This document shows positions 57,295 through 64,000 of a stretch of DNA of 64,000 nucleotides, one piece after another. Position 1 is the first letter of the stretch; the number at the start of each line of letters is the position of its first letter. The stretch is taken from NCBI GenBank assembly GCA_051313645.2, contig JBNRSN020000007.1, positions 105,400,001 through 105,464,000 on the forward strand, read 5' to 3'. The notes beneath the pieces were generated by a model. The model was not told where the DNA came from. It searched no databases and saw only the letters and a program-made list of their open reading frames with translations. Origin of the DNA: Centroscyllium fabricii (taxonomy: Eukaryota). The translations under genes were made by a program, and so were the position numbers.

Positions 57295-60200
57295 TGTAGT
57301 GCATGCAGTCCTGAAGAACCACGCTAGAAACAGTGAATTCGGATAACACTCATTTCATAGTTAACACTGCAAGGGCCAGGTAGCGAAGAGACTGAGCCAC
57401 CTGGAACAGGCATATTTAAAGGGCCCGCGGTTGGTGACGTCACTGCCGGAAGTCCCGGTCACATCATCACGCCGGAAGTCGCGGTGACGTCATCACGCTG
57501 CCCGGCGGGCGGGGCCGTGTCCCGCAGTACTCCCGAGGCGGATTCGTTGGTCTCGGTGGGCGTGTCGCCACACAGCTCCCCCCCAGAATCTGTGAGGGAG
57601 AATAAAGTAAAAATAAAAAAAGGGAGAATAAAGTAAAAATAAAAAAATGGAGCATAAAAGGTGAGTCTCAGGCGAGGCGTTGAGGTGGCCGGATGATGCG
57701 GCCGGCACATGTTGTGCGCTGCTCCTTGTTCTGCGTGGGAGTGTGGGCGGGCTTTGGTGCGGTAGGGCGTCCGCGTTTTGGTGGCTGCGCGGGGACTGTT
57801 GTCTCGCCCGCCATTACATGTGCCGGTTTGAGCCGGTCAATCGAGACAGTCTCAGTTCTGTTGCCCATTTTGATTTGGAATGTTTTAGGTCCCGCCCGAA
57901 GCACTCTGTACGGTCCATCGTACGGTGGCTGTAGTGGTGTTCGATGTGCGTCGTGGCGGACAAACACATATTCGGCGTTCTTGATGCCATCTGGAACACG
58001 TGCTGCCGGCTCTCCATGCCAGGCCACCAGGAGTGGTTTGAACGCCCCTGCCTGATTGTTAAATTCCTTGAGGCAGCGCTCGGCTGACCAGGGGGCGTTG
58101 GTTTCTGCGACGAACTCGCCTGGTACGGTTAGGGGTTGGCCGTAGACGAGTTCCGCCGCTGAGGCGTGCAGGTCTTCCTTGGCCGCTGAGCGTAGGCCGA
58201 GCATTACCCAGGGCAGGCGGTCGGTCCAGGTTGCGTCCTTAAGGCTGGCCCACAGGGAAGCTTTGATGGAGTGGTGGAACCGTTCGCAGAGACCATTGGC
58301 CTGTGGGTGGTAGGCGGTGGTTCGGTGCAGGGTTGCCCCGAGGTCGTGGGCGATGGTCGCCCATAGGGTTGAAGTAAATTGGGGGCCCCTGTCCGATGTG
58401 ATGTCGGTGGGTACGCCGAAACGTGCGACCCAGGTGGCGATGAAGGCCCTGGCCAGGTCCGCGGTGGTGGTAGCGGTGAGTGGGACCGCTTCTGGCCAGC
58501 GGGTGCTGCGGTCGACCATTGTCATGACGTCTGTATGTCCCCGTGATGGCGGTAGTGGTCCGACCAGGTCGATGTGGACGTGGCTGAAGCGTCTAGCTGG
58601 GATGGCGATCGTTTCTAGTGGTGCCTTGATGTGCTTGTGCACCTTGGCGCGCTGGCAGGCAGTGCAGGCGTTGGTCCAGGCGCGGACATCCTTGCGCAGG
58701 CCGCGCCAAACGAAACGTGCCGAAATCAGCTTAGTGGACGCGCGGGCGCCAGGGTGGGACAGGTCATGGAGGGTCTGGAAGATGTGTCGCCTCCATGCGT
58801 GGGGGACGACGGGTCTGGGCTGCGGGAGGGAGACGTCGCAGCGGACCGCTGTGGCTGTGAGCCCCTGTGCTACGGTGGCCAAGTGCAGGCCAGGGAGGTT
58901 GGTAGCTGGGTCGAGCAGATCGGGGTCGGTCAGTTGGTCGGCCGCTAGTTTGGCGTAGTCGACGGCCGTTTGTACGGAGTTGATGGTGGGGCGTGACAGG
59001 CAGTCAGCAACCACGTTGTCGCGGCCGGCGATGTGCTGTATGTCGGTGGTAAACTCCGACACAGCCGCGAGCTGGCGCTGCTGCCTGGCCGACCAGGGTT
59101 CGGCGATCTTAGCCATTGCTGACACGACTGGCTTGTGATCTACGAAGGCTGTAAAGTGGCGGCCCTCTAGGAGGAAGCGGAAGTGGCGCACCGCGAGGTA
59201 GAGAGCGAGTAGCTCCCTATCGAAGGCGCTGTACTTAACCTCCGGGGGCCGGAGTTGCCGGCTGAAAAAGGCCAGGGGCTGCCAGGAGTTGCCTGTCCAC
59301 TGCTCGTAGACCACTCCGACGGCGCGGTCGGAGGCGTCGGTGGTGAGGGCCACTCTGGCGTTGGGCCTAGGGTGGGCTAGGAGCGTGGCGTTGGCTAGGG
59401 CGGTTTTGGTTGTGGTGAAGGCGTTGGTGGCTTCGGCCGTCCACTCGACCGCAGCCTTGTTGGACTGCCCGCGGGTGGCCTGATAGAGGGGTGCCATGAG
59501 AGCTGCTGCTCCAGGGATGAAGCGGTTATAGAAATTAACCATCCCAAGGAATTCCTGCAGCCCCTTGATGGAGTGCGGGCGGGGGAATTCCTGGACCGCC
59601 TGCACCTTGGAGGGCAGGGGTATGGCCCCGGTCTGGGAAATGCGGTGGCCGAGGAAGTCGATCGTCTCAAGGCCGAACCGACATTTGGAGGGGCTTAATA
59701 TAAGGCCGTGTTCGACCAGGCGTTTGAACAGGGTCCTGAGATGGAGGAGGTGTTCCTGGGGTGAGGTGCTGGCCACGAGGATGTCGTCCAGGTAGACGAA
59801 CGTGAACTGCAAGTCCCGTAGGACTGAGTCCATGAGGCGTTGGAAGGCCTGGGCCGCGTTTTTGAGTCCGAAGGGCATTCGGAGGAACTCGATAAGGCCG
59901 AAAGGGGTAATGACGGCTGTCTTAGGGACGTCCGCCGGGTGCACTGGTACCTGGTGGTAGCCCCGTACCAGGTCGATCTTTGAAAAAATCGTGCAGCCGG
60001 CTAGCCTTGCTGAGAAGTCTTGGATGTGGGGTACGGGGTACCTGTCTGGGGTGGTGGCGTTGTTGAGGCGGCGGTAGTCTCTGCAGGGGCGCCAGCCACC
60101 GCCGGGTTTGGGGGCGATGTGGAGGGGAGAGGCCCAGGGGCTGCTTGAGCGGCGGATTATGCCGAGTTGTTCCATGATGTGGAACTCGGTATGCGTGATC

Positions 60201-61868
60201 TCCAGCTTGGCCGGGTCCAGCCTGCGTGCGTGGGCATGGACCGGGGGGCCTGTGGTGGTGATGTGATGCTCCACCCCATGCTTGGCCGTGCGGGCTGTGA
60301 AGGTGGGGTTGGTGAGGGCTGGGAACTCCGCGAGGAGCGTGCCGTACGTGTCGGAGTTCCGGGCTCGGCAGTGGGACGCTGCGTGGGCCTGGTGTGCCGG
60401 CCCTGTGGAGCATGGGATGGTCGACATGTTATGGATGTCGACCAGGCGGCGCCGGGTCACGTCGACCAGTAGGCCGTGGGCGCACAGAAAATCGGCCCTG
60501 AGGAGGGGTAGTTTGACTTGGGCTGTGATGAAGTCCCACTGGTACGTGTGGCCTGCTAGCTTGATGGTGAGCTTGCAGGTGCCGAACGTAACTATCTCGG
60601 AGCTGTTTGCGGCTTCGAGTGGTGGGCCTTGGGTGCCTTGCTTGGTTTCTGCGGGGGAGGCTGGCACGATGCTGTGCTGCGCGCCTGTGTCGCAGAGGAA
60701 GCGGAGGCCTGAGCCGCTGTCCGTGACGAAGAGCAGTGCTCCAGAGCGGCCTACGGACATGGTGGGGCTTGAGCTGGTTTGGGGTTTGAAGGTGCAGGGC
60801 TGGACGCAGCGCTGCGCTTTAGCTTCAAACCTGGTGTGGTAGTAACACCAGCCGGGGCCTGTTGTGCGCGGCTTTTTGCGGGTGCGCACTGGCCTGGGAT
60901 CAGACTTGGGGCCGGACTTGGGGTGCGCATAGCAGTGCTCCGGTGCCGCGGCAGTGGGCTCGCACGTGGCGGCTCGGGTGCGCTCGGCCCTCATCAGCTT
61001 GTCGGCCTCCTCAGCCAGTTGCTGTTTAGTATAGTGGTCGAAGATCGTCAGAGCCGGTCTGACGGAGGGAGGCAGTTTGAGGAGGAACAAGGCACGCTTA
61101 ATGGTGGCCGGGTCGCAATTGAGCGCTTCCATTTGGGCCCAGAGGTCCGATGGGTCTGCGTCCCCGAGTTCGGGGAGGTTAATGAGTTGGCAGTCGCGCT
61201 CAAACTGGGAGGGGGTGAATTTCTTTAGCAGCGCAGCTTTAAGGAATTCGTACCTGCCAGCGGTTGGTTCGTGCTGTATCGATGGCCACATTCGGTTGAC
61301 CGTGGTCTGTGATAGGGCCGCGAAGAGCAGGTTGTATCGATCGTCCCCCTGTACGCCATGGATGCGGTAGGTGTTCTCCGTGCTGAGGAACCAGGCCGCT
61401 GGACGTAGTTCCCAGAACTCTGGCAAGGTTGGTATTTGGCCGTAGTTCTGGCCCAGTCTGTGAAGTCGCGCTGTTTGGCTCCCTGCTGGTATATTGGTTG
61501 GGAGTGTACTGAGGCAGCTTGGCCCTCAGTCCTGCAGCAACTGCTTCATTATGTTCCCTTGGAAGTCGTTCCAAGTATCGAGGTCACCACTGTAGTGCAT
61601 GCAGTCCTGAAGAACCACGCTAGACACAGTGAATTTGGATAACACTCATTTAATAGTTAACACTGCAAGGGCCAGGTAGCGAAGAGACTGAGCCACCTGG
61701 AACAGGCATATTTAAAGGGCCCGCGGTTGGTGACGTCACTGCCGGAAGTCCCGGTGATGTCATCACGCCGGAAGTAGCGGTGACGTCATCACGCCACCCG
61801 GCAGGCAGGGCCGTGTCCCGCAGTACTCCCGAGGCGGATTCGTTGGTCTTGGTGGGCGTGTCGCCACA
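57295..61868 (-). mobile_element. full-length CsRn1-like Gypsy element B2 inserted in CR1 ORF2
   Basis: 278-bp LTRs at 57295-57572 and 61591-61868. TSD AGGT at 57291-57294 and 61869-61872. PBS TGGTGACCTCGA at 61589-61578. Confidence 0.96.
57668..61492 (-). pseudogene. Gag-Pol of B2: frame open (>1250 aa) but start codon mutated ATG>ATA
   Basis: Same domains as B1. The position homologous to the B1 ATG (31662) and the B3 ATG (63754) reads ATA at 61492-61490. Conserved glycines are substituted (LLRADF, PCRDYR). Confidence 0.85.
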
Positions 61869-62852
61869 AGGTGTTTTTTAAGTATATTAAGGTCAAGAGG
61901 ATAACGAGGGAAAAAGTAGGGCCCATTAGGGACCAAAGTGGCAATCTGCATGTAGAGCCGGAATATTTGGGTGAGGTTTTAAATGAATATTTTGCATCTG
62001 TGTTCACTATGGAGAAGGACGATGTAGGCATAGAAATCAGGCAAGGGGATTGTGATATAATTGAACAATTTAGTTTTGAGAGGGAGGAGGTACTGGCGAT
62101 TTTAGTGGGCTTAAAAGTGAATAAATCCCCAGGCCCAGATGAGATGTATCCCAGGCTGCTGTGTGAGGCAAGGGAGGAGATTGCAGGGGCTCTAACACAA
62201 ATTTTCGGATCCTCTCTGGCCACAGGGGAAGTGCCAGAGGACTGGAGGACAGCTAACATAGTACCATTATCCAAGAAGGGTAGTAGGGATAAACCAGGGA
62301 ATTACAGGCCAGTGAGCCTAACATCAATGGTAGGGAAAATATTGGAAAAAATTCCAAGGGCCAGAATTAGTCTCCACTTGGAGAAGCAAGTATTAATCAA
62401 GAATAGTCAGCACGGCTTTGTCAAGGGGAGATCATGTCTAACAAATTTGATTGCATTTCTTGAGGGGGGTGACGAGGTGCGTGGATGAGAGTAGTGCAGT
62501 TGATGTAGTCTACGTGGACTTCAGTAATGCTTTTGACAAGTCCCGCATGGGAGACTGGTGAAGAAAGTAAGAGCCCAGGGGAAAAGGATGTAACTTTACA
62601 TTAATGCTCCAGTGCAGCGTTTCACAGCACGGTGGGATGTGGGCTTGGCCCTGTGACTCTACAAGTGGCAAATTTAAAATTTATTCGAGGTTAAAAGAGG
62701 CCTATCGCTTCACCTCAAAAAGGGAGGGAAAATTCAGCAGGTAAATCAGCTCAGCCTGCTCATCCGCACCAGCTACTGGCCACACACACACACACATTGC
62801 TTCAAACCCCCAACACCCACAGTTAAAAGTTGCGCACAATGTGTTTGGGAAG

Positions 62853-63076
62853 TAGGGTTGACAACCCTGCAGGATTGTCCTGGAGTCTCCAGGAATTAAA
62901 GGCTAATCTCCCGGACATTGCTGCGAACGACCCAGGAGAAGAATCATAGCAATTAAAAATTATGTTTTAAAAAAAACCATATTCTTTGCGGAGCATTGTG
63001 GGGGAGGGGCAGTGGGCGGCAGGAGGTCATGTGATGACACCTCCAGGAATATGCCCAACCAGAGTTGGAAACACTA
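62853..63076. mobile_element. old hAT-like MITE
   Basis: Imperfect TIRs TAGGGTTGACAAC ... GTTGGAAACACTA; no clean TSD. Confidence 0.55.
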
Positions 63077-63426
63077 ACGGAGAGGGGTCACGACTGAATA
63101 GAAAGGGAGAAAATTACATTTGAAATAGGTACTCTTCTGGATTTTTTTAATGTTATTTTTGTGGTGGGTGTTTAATGAGTAAAATAGAAAAATATACAGA
63201 TCATTCATCCAAACAACCAAAATGAGGAAGCACCACAATTTGCCACTGATTGTAAAGATGATATTTCACACACTGTGCACAGCTATGCTTTTATGATATT
63301 GCTAAATGACCCTTGACCTGATTAGTACTTTGATTTGATTGTTCTCTGATGCAAGACTCTGCTCTGCAGCATATCGAGGAGAAAGCTGGGGTTCTGCACC
63401 ATGCATTGCAAAATCATTTCATGTAC

Positions 63427-64000
63427 TGTGGCGGCACACCAAGACTGGCGAATCTGCCTCGGGAGTCTGCGGGGCATAGCCCCGCCCACCGGGTGACGCG
63501 ATGACGTCACCAGGTCTCTCGGCGTGATGAGGTCACTAAGCGGGCCGTTTAAATAAGCCTGCTCCTCGTGGTTCAGTCTCTTTCTTGTCTAGTAATGTAA
63601 TTAAATGAGTGTGTTCTGTCTCTCTGGCTCCTGTGTGGTTCTTGGGTTCTGCAAGCGCTACAGTGGTGACCCCGACTTGGAACGTCTTCCAAGGAGAAAA
63701 CAGCAGCTACAGGACTAAAAACCAAGCAGCCTCAGAACACTTTAAAAAGCAACATGTCTACAAGGAACCAAGCTTCTCGATCACAAGGACTTGGCCAGAA
63801 CTTCGGGCACAGACTAACCCTACCGGAGTTCTGGGAGCAACGCCCGGCAGCCTGGTTCATGTGCATAGAGACCAGCTGCCGCACACATGGCATCCAGGGG
63901 GACGACCGCTATGACCTGGTCTTTTCGGCCCTACCGCAATCGACGATCGATCGGATGTGGTCGAAGCTACAGCGCGTGCCCGCAGCAGGCAGGTATGAGT
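63427..64000 (+). mobile_element. CsRn1-like Gypsy element B3 (related subfamily), running off the window end
   Basis: 5' LTR 63427-63662 (TGTGGCG...CTACA). PBS TGGTGACCCCGAC at 63664-63676, complementary to the tRNA-Trp 3' end. Gag from ATG 63754: MSTRNQASRSQGLGQNFGHRLTLPEFWEQRPAAWF. Confidence 0.92.

Larger units (their letters stand above)
54490..62580 (+). mobile_element. CR1 LINE (ORF1 SGNH esterase plus ORF2 APE and partial RT), decayed and interrupted by four younger insertions
   Basis: ORF1: GDSIV, CLPGARIKDV, VHIGTND, DGLHLN (54555-55331). ORF2: YFNARSL, DIVAITETWL, GVYYRPP, DFNFP, GDSDHN (56004-56970). Continues after B2 with KSPGPDEM, PGNYRPVSLTS, QHGFVKGRSC and YVDFS.AFDK. Confidence 0.92.

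Overview
Eukaryotic, almost certainly vertebrate DNA, and most likely a cartilaginous fish (V-SINE/HE1-like SINEs with CR1 tails, CR1, RTE, L2 and Rex-Babar LINEs). The window is a transposon graveyard with no confidently identifiable host gene. It contains: (i) a ~18-kb CpG-rich satellite of a 19-bp unit (CCCCGACCCAGGCACCGAT, ~4735-27100) with kb-scale higher-order duplications, which accounts for the hundreds of spurious ORFs; (ii) four copies (A1-A4) plus a solo LTR of a Mag-like Ty3/Gypsy lineage (family A, 5-bp TSDs), one young and intact inside the satellite and one nested in another; (iii) three CsRn1-like Gypsy elements (family B, tRNA-Trp PBS, 4-bp TSDs); (iv) a PIF/Harbinger fragment with a spliced 3-exon Myb/SANT gene; (v) many LINE, SINE and MITE fragments. 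The main finding concerns family A. It has no tRNA primer-binding site. Instead, the 13-15 nt just after the 5' LTR are the exact, co-varying reverse complement of the AATAAA-containing segment of each element's own LTR, 54-56 nt upstream. The same lineage has a non-canonical YLDN reverse-transcriptase motif. Together these suggest a tRNA-independent priming system coupled to the poly(A) signal. All calls are by eye from motifs; no database searches were run.
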